From Oopsacas minuta (taxonomy: Eukaryota; Animalia; Porifera): a DNA stretch of 64,000 bases. The DNA lies in NCBI GenBank assembly GCA_024704765.1, contig JAKMXF010000266.1, forward strand, positions 372,001 through 436,000, read 5' to 3'. Both the position numbers and the translations under genes were made by a program. Positions 43,400 to 56,500 of the stretch are shown one piece after another. The notes under the pieces were generated by a model. That model made no database searches and was not told where the DNA came from. It saw only the letters and a list, made by a program, of their open reading frames with translations. Positions within the stretch are counted from its first letter, which is position 1, and each line of letters begins with the position of its first letter.

Positions 43400-44824
43400 A
43401 TGAGCAAAGAACAAGGCGAAATAATTCACCAAACACTGTTTGCTTGTACTGAGTGTGGAGCTAGGCACAAATTCGTAGATCTTTCACCTGAGGAACAGCT
43501 CTGTAGAGAATGTAGACGTAAATATCCATTGAGGAGTTGTTGTTATTGTCAGATGGAATTCTATTGGATGGGCTCGCTTGAATCGAGTGCTGTATGCAAA
43601 AGATGCAAGCGAGATCACCACGTGCATGGGAAGCCCACTAACTGCAGTTACTGTAGAGTCAAGGCAGCTTTTTCAGGAGGGAAATGCTTCAGGTTAATTT
43701 CAGGCAAGCATTAAGCCGAATCCTTCCAGACTGTTTAATTAATAATACCGAGCGGAAATATTTGCATTAAATTGAGTACAAGTTAAAAGGCCATACATAA
43801 GCCCTTGATGTCTTGATTAATATTTAGCCGAATACTTCCGAAAATGTGTGATTTTATGACGTCGAAAAGGGCTAAAATCTCGGTTTTGGTGCTGGAATTG
43901 GTCAAAACGAAGTGATACAGTTTCTGTGTTCCTTTTCATTATGAACGTAACACTTCAGCATTAATCGGTTAATGCTCTACCAAAATACTAGTTACGTCAC
44001 CTCATGAGTAAAGTCTGTTTAGTGGAATTTAAAATCTCTGTGGATAAACAGTAGTGTAACTCGAAGGCCACATGAAGTACACGAACGTCGCAGGTCGTGT
44101 AGTATATCATTCGGAGCTCTGTTTGGAGCTTCCCTAAAATATATAATTATTTTTATATTCGCTTATCCCATCTTACAGATGCCAATACTTCGAAGCTAAG
44201 TACAGTACTCCTGTCGAGTGTAACATGTGTAAGACAAGATGTGCTTTTATAAAATCTGAAGAATCAAGAAAGAAAGTACAAGGTCAGACTTTATGTTATT
44301 TATGCACGCTAAAATTGAAGAAAACACTCTATCGCAGTAGACAAAAAAGAGATAATGAGAATGGTGTTTCACCTGAGACTCGTGGTAGCAAGAAATGTAA
44401 TGTATCCGATTCGCTAAGTAGCGATATTTTTCAGGATTTGGATATAAAAACCGATGCAAAAGATCCTTCCACACCCGAGGTAGATCAACTCCCCGGTCTG
44501 GGAGATTTACCATCATCCCGTGATCAACAAATGGTTATAGAAACTATTCAATCTGAGAACATGTTCCGAATTGAAGAATTGAAAGATGAAATTGCTGGTT
44601 TGAAACGGCAACTCCATTTAAGAGATCAGGCATTGCATGAAAAAGAGAAAAATATACACAATCTCAAGGCTGAAATTTGGGAACAAGAGAAGGATTTTAA
44701 ACAAAAACTTTCTCATTCCCAATTTACATCAGATGAGAAAATGCTACAATTTCAAGAAACCATTGCAGATCTCAAAAAACAATTGGCTAAAGCCTCAAAA
44801 TCTAGTTTTTCAACGAATAAATAA
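43400..44824 (+). CDS. FAM76: FAM76 family Cys-rich protein with a C-terminal coiled coil, about 312 aa
   Basis: Exons 43400-43692 and 44179-44824 (GT-AG, 939 nt). LFACTEC...CREC...CCYCQMEF...GKPTNCSYC...KCFR|CQYFEAKY...C..CK.RCAF...LCYLCTL. Confidence 0.9.
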
Positions 44825-45370
44825 GTAAACTCCTCAAGTATTTTTGCATTCATATTATTTTCTATGTCTAATTATCTCATTTACAAGATACACAGTTCAG
44901 GAGGTAATCTTATGTACATTATATTCTTGATGATTTTAATGTTTGTATCAATAGCACTTCTTTATTATTGCGAGTTTATTGGTTTACTCACTATTTTTAC
45001 TGTGAAAATATACATTTCAATCAATACACCACAATAGATCTATCGTTCAGTCTGTTTCTACATATTTTAACAAATTCAATTTTTCTTAAAATGATTGACT
45101 TATGGATTATTTATTAATTCGAGCGGGATTAGAAAAGTGTTCAGATAATTTTAGCAATAATGTGCATACTTACTTAATTAATTCCATTAGTGGAACAGTT
45201 ACCTAATAATTAGTAGTAAACTTGCATATTTCTGGATAAACTGATACAGTTAGCTAATTTGGTAATTTTATTAGGATCAGGGCTAACACACAAATATCTT
45301 CTTTAATATAAGATACAGCTTGACAAATATTGTTCGCTTTGTATGCATAAACAATAAACAAACAAACAAA

Positions 45371-47110
45371 TTATCCTTCGAAAACACTATAATTTTCTCC
45401 TTCTATTTTAATGTTCACTGGTCGCGTTCGATGATCAAACAATAACTTTTTTGGGATCAGCCATATTGAATTTATTTTCCTTAAAATAAAAGAATTTTTC
45501 ACACTTCCTAATTTGGTTGAAACTTGAAAATAATACTTAACATTTCCCAAAACCTTGAGTAACATATCTAATTTTATTCCCCTGAGGAATATTATCATTG
45601 CAAACTGCATCACTCCGAAACTCCCTATCATATGTCGTTCCATTGTCTGCAAACACTGTGCACGTTCTATCTTGTTATTAAGTCGGTACATAGCTCCGTT
45701 ATAAGGCGCGAACATTGCCACGTACCATTCTCTCAAACTAGAATTCCATAATTCCCAATAGTTAGGATATGTACCTGTTATCTCTGCCATATCATCTAAG
45801 TACGAGTATCCCTCTACCACTGACTGTTTTCTATCCTCATCTGTCTGAACGAATTCTATGTACTTTATCTTTTCAAATTCAATCTCTTCTTTTAACTCGA
45901 CCACACTTCCTAATGTAATTTTCCCAGCCAGAACCATGCTTACGAATCTTGACTGCATTTCAGCTAATTGTGAAATCGAACCAACCACCGGACGAATGTA
46001 CCCTATGAAAGATAGAGTAGATTCTTCAGGATGTATACAATGTTTGTACATGTCCCTTATAGTTTTAAATCTGTATTCATCCGGTAGAAATGGCAACCTA
46101 ACTTTATAGCCCGTGCAGTTTATTACTAGGTCTGCTTCACATGATGTATCATCTGAGAAATATAGAGTTTTCCCTCTACATCCTATCACAGCTTTCTTAG
46201 GCACAACTTGTTCGTAATCGATTAAATCAAGTACATGTCCGTTCTTATTAATCGCAGAATGCATGAAATCGAATTCATTTCGGAATTCCTTCATTCCATG
46301 GCCTTGGTAAGCAAGCAGTGATCCATTCGTCACCCAATTACACACCCAAGATAGACCTGGCTTTCCTTTGTAAAAAGGCGCGAAAATATTCATAGCTCGA
46401 GAAGACGCTTTATCCAACACCTGAGGGTGTCTATGTGGTAAAATCCTAACGAATTTTCTGAAGAAATGCTGTCCTCTTGAAACAGCCCAGAAAAGTTGTT
46501 TTACCTTTGAATACCATTCGCCTATAATATCAGCTGCAGTCTCTCCACCGCCGATTATTACAATTGTTTTATCTCTGAATTCTTCTTCAAACTTCTTTAA
46601 TTCTCCTCCGTGTATAATCTTTCCTGTATGCCCTTTTAAGACTTTATCCTCGATTTCTCTATTAAGCTCCCCAATCACTCCACTACACACACTGACGTTG
46701 AGAGCCTTGTATACAGCATTATCTGTTGAGATTTCCCATTTCCCCTCGTATTTCTCCATCTTCTCGACATTACTATTAAACACAATTCGTTCCCACAGTT
46801 TGAAATGTGTAGCATACATTCTAAGGTAGTGCACTACAGCTGTGTGATGAGGAAAATTACCCATTTCTTGAGGCATTGGAAAATCCGACATTTCAGTAAG
46901 GGAAGGACTAGAAGTTGTGCATGTTGACTCCTGAACCGTGACGATATTTGGATCAGAGGTGAAATTCCATACGCCACCTATGTTGCTACGTTTCTCTAAC
47001 ACTATAGGATCTAATCCTTGTTCGAGGGCGTACTTACACATAAGCAGGCCAGACCATCCACCCCCTACAATCAATACGTCATATACTTTATTGTAATCCA
47101 GTGACGGCAT
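45371..47110 (-). CDS. Flavin-containing monooxygenase (class B), intronless
   Basis: FAD motif VLIVGGGWSG, GGVW, NADPH motif IIGGGETAAD, degenerate FMO fingerprint HTGKIIHGGEL, NCTGY, FIGYIRPVVGSI, hydrophobic C-terminal segment. Confidence 0.88.
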   Translation of the reverse strand: MPSLDYNKVYDVLIVGGGWSGLLMCKYALEQGLDPIVLEKRSNIGGVWNFTSDPNIVTVQESTCTTSSPSLTEMSDFPMPQEMGNFPHHTAVVHYLRMYATHFKLWERIVFNSNVEKMEKYEGKWEISTDNAVYKALNVSVCSGVIGELNREIEDKVLKGHTGKIIHGGELKKFEEEFRDKTIVIIGGGETAADIIGEWYSKVKQLFWAVSRGQHFFRKFVRILPHRHPQVLDKASSRAMNIFAPFYKGKPGLSWVCNWVTNGSLLAYQGHGMKEFRNEFDFMHSAINKNGHVLDLIDYEQVVPKKAVIGCRGKTLYFSDDTSCEADLVINCTGYKVRLPFLPDEYRFKTIRDMYKHCIHPEESTLSFIGYIRPVVGSISQLAEMQSRFVSMVLAGKITLGSVVELKEEIEFEKIKYIEFVQTDEDRKQSVVEGYSYLDDMAEITGTYPNYWELWNSSLREWYVAMFAPYNGAMYRLNNKIERAQCLQTMERHMIGSFGVMQFAMIIFLRGIKLDMLLKVLGNVKYYFQVSTKLGSVKNSFILRKINSIWLIPKKLLFDHRTRPVNIKIEGENYSVFEG

Positions 47111-47935
47111 GCTTTTAGCTGCAATATTATTTTATTTAAGGTCAATTACTTGGAAGCGAGTATTTATGTAGCAGAATCATGTTCCTATTTCTGATTCATT
47201 AATTCACAGATATCAAATCACTCTTGTATTGATTATGATTGAACTGTAATTTTGTTCTTCATTTTCGTGTGTGTTTTTTCAAGGATTTTGAGCAATTCAG
47301 CCTCTAGTTAAAGCATACATCATTTCTCTTACACAATATAATAATTTAATTGAGAAATTAATTAATGAAATGCCTAACAATCTTCAAAGGACATTAATTA
47401 TTAACTATTAATAAATCTGGTATCATATTCCTTCACTGCACATGATAATTTGATAATTCCTTGCCTGGTTATATCACTATCTACATAGTATGTGTATTTT
47501 AGTGTTGATCAATGACGGTAAAGAGGTGAGGTATAAATACCACCTGCCTGATTTAATTGTAACCTAAGTAGGTAGGTATCACTGAGCTATTTGGATCATA
47601 TTTTATAGGTGAGTTTATTGCAATTATCAAATGTAAATTTCTGTGTAGATAGTTTGAGCTAGGGTTAGACAGTATTCCCTATCCCTACCTCTTTTCCCAT
47701 TTATGTGTTAGGAATGTTTCTGAAGATTTTATTGATAAGAATTCTTGTTACTTTATGCAAAACACTGCTTGGGATGTATACAATGATAAAATATGTCAGT
47801 GGTCGATAGTTTAGTGTTTAGTTTATTCGGTTTGTACAATGATTAATAAAGTGTTGCAAAACGATTTTACTCCTCTTCTACACATATAAAGCTGGGTTAG
47901 AGGTAATTACAACATGAATGTATGTACTTTACTTA

Positions 47936-48112
47936 CAGCCTACTCCCGGTATATCGAAATATGCGTACCCACTTATATCAAAGTCTGAAATTCTACAAAT
48001 ATGGCCCCAAACCGTTAAGTAACTTACACTTTATCGGTTATATCGAACTCCGCTTTTATCAAAGTAATAGTAGTAGCAGCTGATAGAGCTTCGATATCAA
48101 AGGAGTTGACTG
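47936..48112. mobile_element. pogo/Tigger-like MITE
   Basis: TA|CAGCCTACTCCCGGTATATCGAA ... TTCGATATCAAAGGAGTTGACTG|TA. Internal similarity to 13259-13388. Confidence 0.7.
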
Positions 48113-51100
48113 TATTTCTTTTAGAAGCGAGTCTTTGTGCAATTTTTGAAAATAATGATGTTTTGTGAGAATTCGTAACTACCCACTTGACTAGATTGAA
48201 TTATAACATTCAATAGTTTGCAGTCACGATAGTTTAAGCTTGACTCGATGAAATCTTAAAATCATGTTTAAGTAGGTGCTACGTATTTAATCATGACATC
48301 CTTATGAATAGCTCCACACAGCTTGTGATAAACCATAAGACACATTTATTCAAATATACTCAATGCCACATACTTGTACTATTTGCTGTAATAAGCCATA
48401 ATACGCTGGTGATCCTAGGAAACCTGACTCAACTGAGGGTGAATAAATGGTTTTGAATTTATTGTTTGAAATAACTACTCGCACATTTTTTCTATTGTCT
48501 CGGTTATAGAAAGTATTCAAATCTAATTATTGTTGCATATATTTCAGTGAAATTTGGCTGGTCAGTGTTCTTAACGGTTTTAATAGTACAAGTATGGTTA
48601 GCTGTAACATAATGCACTAGGTATTTGTGTGCTGTTAATCAATGCAACTCTCTCGTTTGAATTTGCACTTAGAATTCTCACATCTAGTTTGTCAAAGTAT
48701 TTTCTTTGGTTACTCGGCGACTCAAAAATGTCGACAGATATGACAGTCAGGTTAGGGGCGCTTTTTGTCCGCAACGGGATTAGTCTTGTCGATAAATACA
48801 TAGTATGGAGACATCTTAAACCAACTGAATTTAATACGAATGAACTTTGGAAGTTCATACTAAACGACCAGTAGATATATTTTTCGTAGACAAAGTTATT
48901 TTTAACCTTCGTTTCTGAACTTTTGCTCATACAGTTATTTTAGAAGTAGGAAAAATCTATGAATAATACATTTAGATTGATACGCATCATAATTACACAG
49001 TTTTGATTTGTGGTTGAATTTCCTGTATTCATTTTAATAGCTACTTAATAACCGAACCTATGTTGTAATTTGTATAATTGTTCGTGTTTCATTGTATTAG
49101 TACAGTATACAGTCATTGTCGCTAATTATAAACCTAACTGCACTTATTAAATAACGAGCTGTTTTACACATTACACAGACTACTTTCTAATTCTTAATTG
49201 ATCTCAAGTCGTAACTTTATTTGTGCTACCAAAAGTGGAAGTATAATCCGCACCAATTTGTTAATTCTTGAAATATTTCTACGCGATAAATATCGAACTA
49301 TATACGACCTGGAAATAATTATAATTTCACTTTCGAAATATATATATCAGCTGAAAATTATTTATTCCTGTAAAATGTACCTCTGAAGGAGAAATTTGTG
49401 GTATCTTAACCATGGAATGAATTTCTAACTTACCAGATCAATTAGAGCTTATATGTTGTATTCACATACGAAAATACACTCACTTCATTCGTGGAATTAG
49501 CACAGCATTCTCACATAGAAAGTACTTACAAGCGAATTCCATTTAATTATCCTTAACTAAGAATAATGCAGCGTTAGCAATTTGCATTGAATTGTTATTA
49601 ATTATTCGATAGTTAAAATTTATTAATTATCACTTTGCGTTTACAAGTGAGAAACCTTTATTCATTTATTCTATTAATGAGATTTTATATTTGCATTAAT
49701 TTTACAATGTATTTTGTATGTATAGAATTATAATTGATATTTTAAATACATATATAACCGAGATTATTCCTACTACCTAGGAACAGGTTGACGAACCAAA
49801 CCCCAAGGGTGCCTCCCCGTCGCTTCATATTTTCTATTTAGGTCTGGAGTATGCTGCGATGCCGCAATGGCTCTGGTGCCGAGTGGTGTGCGAAAATTCT
49901 CACCTTACCCTCCGGCCCTGCTTCCCTTCGACTTTCAGCAACCAACACAGAAGATGACTTGCAATGTAAAATATTCGTAGCGGGGGTGAAGCATTTTGTA
50001 ATGAGTAATAATTAATTTTGAATATCATAGTACGCTCATATAATACCTTTGCAATTATCCCTTTCATCACACATTACTTCATTATTTTGTTATTTGGAAA
50101 TGTTGTATTCATGAATTATCTAGATTGTGTGTAATTCTTTTCGTAGAACATTTGTACGTACTTGTAAATGAATCCTTGTTGGTTTGTAAGGTACTTTAGG
50201 GTGTTGTTACTTAGTATAACAGATTTGATCTGGTATGCATTAGAATCACTATCTCAGCTTTATACGTGCTAAGAACTTTTAGATTAGTTGACTTCTAAAT
50301 GCGACATATTATGGTGAGTATGTCTTCTCTTATCGTTCTTAATCTCCAATCTTCTGTTGAACTAAGTAAATGGATCGCTTTTAGCTGAAACAGTGATAAT
50401 CAATGCTTTGTGAATTTTTCAGCATTTGCTTGATATGTTAATCAATTCTAGGGGTGCTTAGACATGATATTCGTCATAATGGTCGTGAAATCTCCACCCC
50501 ATTATGTTAGTTAGTAGATTACAGGGTAGGAGTAGGTTGTGCATAGCTCCACCTCATGTTGCCCTATCTTACATTCAGTTATCCCTCCAAACTATTCGCA
50601 TCTTTATTCGTTCTTGTAAGTTGTCAATAGAAATTTCTCGTTTCAACTGGCCTAATCGCCTCCCTATATGCCCCTGTTTATGTGATTCGAGATTGTCATT
50701 TTTCAACAGATCTTCTCTGTACTAAAGTGATTCCTCTTGTATACCAAACAGCTGAAACATTAGTCACTATTCGCCATTTGCAAATATCTCACAGGAATTC
50801 CAACTACTTTGCACTTCTGTAGAAAGTTTTATCCTACATGATCTTTATTATTACGATAGCTCTGTAGTCAGTTTCTTGCTTAATTTCTCTTTAACTATTT
50901 GTGACAGACTCAACTATTGATATATTGTTTGAAGTTCGCACATTATCATCACTCCATGACTAGATTGCTGTTGCGACACATAGGCCTATTCAAATGGCTT
51001 TTAAGTTTAGTCTTAATACTTTCTTCTTTTTACCTTCTTGAAGTATCAGACATAATAATTAGTATGATATTATTCTGTAAGTGACGCGGCAAATAGCACC

Positions 51101-51153
51101 ATGTTATACACTACAGTGTACTATGCTAGCACTTGTTTTGCACTCTGCTGTAG

Positions 51154-51161
51154 TATATAAA
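51154..51161 (+). promoter_or_regulatory. Candidate TATA box of the T-box gene
   Basis: TATATAAA lies upstream of a candidate non-coding exon ending at donor AAAG|GTAAAA (51280/81). The matching acceptor CTTAACAG (51391) is 8 nt before the ATG. Confidence 0.5.
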
Positions 51162-51399
51162 GCACGTTGGGTGAAAAGATCATTTGTTGTGAGAAAACCT
51201 CAAGTTATACAACTTTCTATTATACATACATCTTTAGTGGCTTTCTTCTGACATTTTAATACATTCTAATCTCAGCAAAGGTAAAACATCTGTGAAATTT
51301 GAAAAATTTTTCCCATAATATTTCCCTTCGAGAAGATTAATAATATATTGTATTTTACTAATATTTACGGATTGTTTTCTAATCTTAACAGGAATCAAT

Positions 51400-53477
51400 A
51401 TGTCCGAGAGTCACGGATCAGTTTCACAGGATTATCAAAGCGATACCTCTACAAGTGAGAACAACCCTCACTTCTCATTTGAACAGAGTCCAACTCTACT
51501 CTCTCCATCTTCTCTGTTTGGAGTACAGAAAAATACAAATACTGAGAATAGTATAAAACAAACATCACGTATGAATATTGTAGAGCTGCAATATAAAGGC
51601 GATACTGATCATGTTAAGCAGGAAATTGTGATGGAAGATTCATCTGTATTTCTGGCCTGTGAGGACAAACCTTGCATTCTAGGGGTGGATCATGGAAATG
51701 AATTAGATTCAAGTGATTCAGGTAAATTGGTCTTAAGTTTTAATGAAATTCACTATGGAATATTTATAAATATTTTTTATCTATATTATTGTTATTTCTG
51801 TTATAAATGCAATGTACACAGCTTATTTAGGGTTCTAGGTCAATGTCTACTACCTATTTCGAATCGCTCAACATTTGTGCTGAGTATATTTGCTTTCAAT
51901 GGATAATTTTATTCTCGATAAACTGTTGGTTAAAATTCCGATTACTTTGTAATCTATCGTTGGATTGGATAAATAGATTTACCGCTAAAAAATACAAATT
52001 TTAATGTAAATATACTAGAAAATCCTTTTGAAATTGGGTGCGTATACTTGAGAAATGAACTGTCATTATTTTGAAATTGTAAATCGTAATTCCTCCAACA
52101 ATACTTCTAAAGCAAATTCTTCTTCTTAACAATTTTCTAGAGATATTCATTTCATATTTGGAATAATTGCTTAAGTGCAAGATTGTGAATAGCGAAGGAA
52201 TTCGTGCGGATACGAAGTGCTAAAACGGCTATATCAAGAGTGATATTATCAAAATTATGAAAAGGGGCAATCATGGATTAAGATCTTCCCTTTTGAATAT
52301 TATAGCGTATATCACAATCCGCTTATCTCGAAGTCAAAATTAGATCCCTTAGCTTCATTTAATGAGATTTATCCCGTGAATTATTATCCCAACATTTTAA
52401 GTATTTAATTTTCATTCGCTATTAAAACTCCATATGTAAATATCGAAGTGATTCAATTAATTATATTAAAGGGGTGGAGGAGTGGACAATTTTGACCTTT
52501 GGATATATTCAAAATGTGTTTAACTCCCTCTATATTAATTCAATTAACGTTACTTCAATAATAAAATAGATTGTTTGAATACATAACGTGTATGCAACAG
52601 CGTAATTAATTGCTACAAATATTTCAAAATAGAATTTTTAGGTGATCATAGCGAGAGCGAAAAGGTAACACCAATTACATCTACTGGGAACAAACTCCAG
52701 GTAGTGGAGTGTCCACAATTTATACATCGCAACAACGGTGTTTTAGATATCAACAACATTACACAATCAGTTTCAGTTGACAGACCCTGTCAAGGACAAC
52801 TGACAGCATCTGACGGGGATATTACGGTTGTCTTAGCGAATTCAGATATGTGGAGTCAGTTTGATGCATATGGCACAGAAATGGTGTTAACCAAAAGAGG
52901 AAGGTTAGATTCGTTTTACTATTATTTCTAATTCATTTAGTATTAATTAAACCTATTATAACTGAAAATGGACAATTTTTTCTTAGAATCGTTTGTTATT
53001 GCGTACATGCTGGGATTTGCTAGCACTTGATCCCATAGTGAAACGAAATATATAGTTAATCTGCTCTGCTAGACTCGATAATATATAGATTTCCAGCAAT
53101 ATTGCTCATTTCCATAGATACACGTGTATTGCCACTGATTCTGTAGAAGATTCAGTTGCTCGGAGCGTGATTTTAACTGTGAATTTGTCTATAGGATGTT
53201 TTAATGCATTTCACAATGTAATATGCATGTGAGATACTTTACACCTATTCTCAAAAGCTGATGAAGGACATGAAGTAGACCTACTTATTTGGTCATGAAT
53301 TTCGAGTATGGAATAGTGATATAGTGACGCGAAAAATGTTTATTCGAGTACATAATATCTGAAATATTATTTTGGGAGTGTTTATATGTGTTCTAGTTTG
53401 AACTAAAATGCAAAGATTTGAGGATGAAAATTTTTATTTAACATTGAATAATTTTTCAAATATCTTAACAGTGCTTT

Positions 53478-53511
<34 letters not shown>

Positions 53512-56500
53512 CCGTACGTAATAATGATATATACAAATTTCCGTTAGGTGTTTAATTATAATTTTTGCAAATAATCAAAGTTCTATTTAGATAGCGAAGT
53601 GTTTTATAGCAACACATTTTGAATTATAATCATTCAATTTCCATTAAAATATGACTATAATTGGACCCTATTATCATGGTTTATCCAGTTGTGATATCCG
53701 TTCATCTGTATCTTGACCAAGCTATTAACCTCGTATATAGCACTTTGAATTTTTCAGAAATTATACCTTTAATTTATATAATTCACAGAGTTTCAATTTA
53801 TAATATTTTATTTTAACCTTTTTAGCTTATCTCTTGTTATTAATCAATTGTATCGATACATTACACATCTTGAATCAAATTTCATCGATTTGACATCACT
53901 ATCGAGAACTGTTGTCAAAACATTAATTTTTCTCACATTTTCCCCATTAATAAGTTTTTTATCACCAAAATATGCCAGAATTGTCTCCAAGATATAATTA
54001 AGTATAAATGGTAGGTAATTATGTTGTGTAGCACAAAGCTAATTTTTGGTTTGGGGAAATATTTTATTGACTTATTTCTTGGGCAATTTATATAATTGAA
54101 AATATTTGGCTTTGAATTAGAAGCTCGTTAACGTCATATCGCCTATTTTGTAAAGTTATTAATTTTAACACTATAGCTATTAGCGTAAACTTACTATAGC
54201 AAATATTCTCATAGTATATGATGTTATGTGGGAGTATAATTTCTTCGAATATTTTTCTCTTAATTATTCCACATTTGGCTACACTATTGAGTCGTAGATT
54301 TCTGCGAAATTCATCTTAATATATTTATTCTATTTCTTACGTTAGTTCCTAAACCTATCCTTTATATCCACAAATGGAATTATAATTTATTCACGCTCTC
54401 CCAGTTATCACAGGCGTTTCCGGGACCTAAAATATTCCATATTTGTTATATGCTTTAGTTGAATGGTAATTTATCTGTGGTTAATCAGCCTTTATTGTTT
54501 TACTTACCAATACAGTATGTAAACTTTCTGATAGTATGAATTGTGTCTAAAGAAAAATGGATTTGACCACATACATTTGAATACGAATATCCATAATTAA
54601 TTCTTCATTTGTAGGAGAATGTTCCCGTACATTGAAGTGAATATTCGATCAGGACTCGACTTAGATAAAGACTATATCCTTCTAATGGATATGAATCCTT
54701 ACGATGATCACCGATACAAATTCCACGACGGTAATTGGATCCCGAGTATGAAAGCAGATCCTCCTCCAGTCAGTATGATGTATATACACTCTGATAGTCC
54801 GCAGAAGGGATCATTCTGGTTGAGTCATACTATCTCATTTAGAAAACTTAAATTAACCAATTGTGATTCAAGAAAGGGACATGTAAGTATAGAAATTTAG
54901 TACCATTATTAGAAAATCTCCGGCGTACAATCAGCACATCCCGATTATGCGGAGTTGACTATACGTATATGCAAAAATCACTTTATTAGACAACTACGTA
55001 ATTCGTATATTAGCAAACTTTACATACCGAAAGATATCAAACAAATCTTTACTCTCAAGCAGTATTTCTTATGATTTAAACAATAATACGGATAAAACTT
55101 CAAAGACGATAGTTTGTAGTTTGTAAACAGATCATTTGTTTGAACTTAATTAATTTTTTATTGCCTAATACAACATATATGTGAAATCAGCTCACCATTA
55201 CTTCTATAAATATTATGTAACAACACCAACACACATGTAAACACACTCAAAATTATATTAAGGTATTTACTCAGCTGTCTACATATCTACATTGTGAATA
55301 TAGCAGTTCTGAGGTGACCCTTGACCTGCTAACATAGTATAAATACTGATATGTTAATTAACAGTGTAGGTGCATATCTTTGGGGAATAATCTAATCGCG
55401 GTTGTATTCTGATAAGATCGGATATAATCAGCTTTCAACACACAAAGCTATCTATTGAGCTAATTAATTAATATTTGTGGTTGTAGTGAAAGTGATAGTT
55501 CTATACATGTAATATATTTTAATTATTTCCTTCAAGATTCGAGATTTAGAAATAATATCTCGTGATTGTTATTTGGTGAAATTCGTAGTATGAATTCTAG
55601 AAGGAACTATGACAACTACAACACGTTTGAACTATACGTGGTTGTACACTCTAATTAGTTCACTTAAATCGGCCGAACTAAAAAAGCACCAACGCTCCTC
55701 AATGGGCGAATATCATTGTAGTTCATATCTTGCACTTAAAACCTCAATTTCTGAAACTAACAATAATTGTTGTTGCTCTTTAATTGGTGCTTAATCATAG
55801 AATGATATTAATGTTATTTACTTAGATTCTACTGAACACACAACATAAATACACACCCAGACTACACATAGTACAGGGGAGTGACACTAATAATATCACA
55901 GGTCCTTCACTCCGGACATTTTCCTTCTCACACACTTCATTTGTTACAGTCAGTACTTACAAGAATTTTCAGGTGAGAAGAAAGGTTGTTTGTTTGTATT
56001 TTAGAACATAAGTTATGTCATGATAGATGGAGTGTTAAAATCTGATAATGTTTCAGCGAAACTGACATGCCAATTCGTAAGCCAACATGTATGTGGCTAT
56101 TCGTGACTCCAATTGCAACACTTTAATTCAATATTTATTCTGTAAATGGTTTTGTCTTATTGGTAATTACTGATAGCAACAATTAGAATAAATGAATGAC
56201 TTTTGTGGTTATGTAAATTTCTTTGTTTGCATTTATTATTTTGATTCCTGTATATTCCCATTGGGTAAATATTAATGAATACTTTATTTTCATTTTATTT
56301 TAGATTACTCAATTGAAGGTAGATAACAATCCTTTTGCGAAACATTTCCGAAACAGCTATCACACTACTAAAAGGTATATAACTATACAATGTAACCTCC
56401 ACAAACGGAGTGACAGGTGTTAGGTACCAGGTACGCCGAAAAATGCTACCCTGTTTGTGTAGGTTCTTTTTTATGGGCCTAGGAATTCGCAGTCTTTTTT

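Noticed and set aside
43693-44178. Hairpins in the FAM76 intron (AGCATTAA/TTAATGCT, TACACGA/TCGTGTA) and a 14-bp direct repeat, suggesting an H/ACA RNA or MITE
   Set aside because: No properly placed H or ACA boxes, and no TSD or long TIR.
48598-48930. 110-aa minus-strand ORF with an overlapping 81-aa plus-strand ORF
   Set aside because: No recognisable motif or splice context; possibly TE debris.
49780-50000. GC-richer patch with a tRNA A-box-like TGCCGAGTGGT
   Set aside because: No B box or cloverleaf, so it cannot be called a tRNA or SINE.
50280-51000. Stop-riddled minus-strand fragments faintly resembling non-LTR reverse transcriptase or integrase zinc-binding motifs
   Set aside because: Motif order is inconsistent and the two interpretations conflict. 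It is probably a retroelement relic but cannot be assigned without a search.
56015-56068. Second C/D snoRNA candidate (ATGATAG...CTGA...CTGA with a short stem)
   Set aside because: Too short, with an imperfect C box and no recognisable rRNA or snRNA complementarity.
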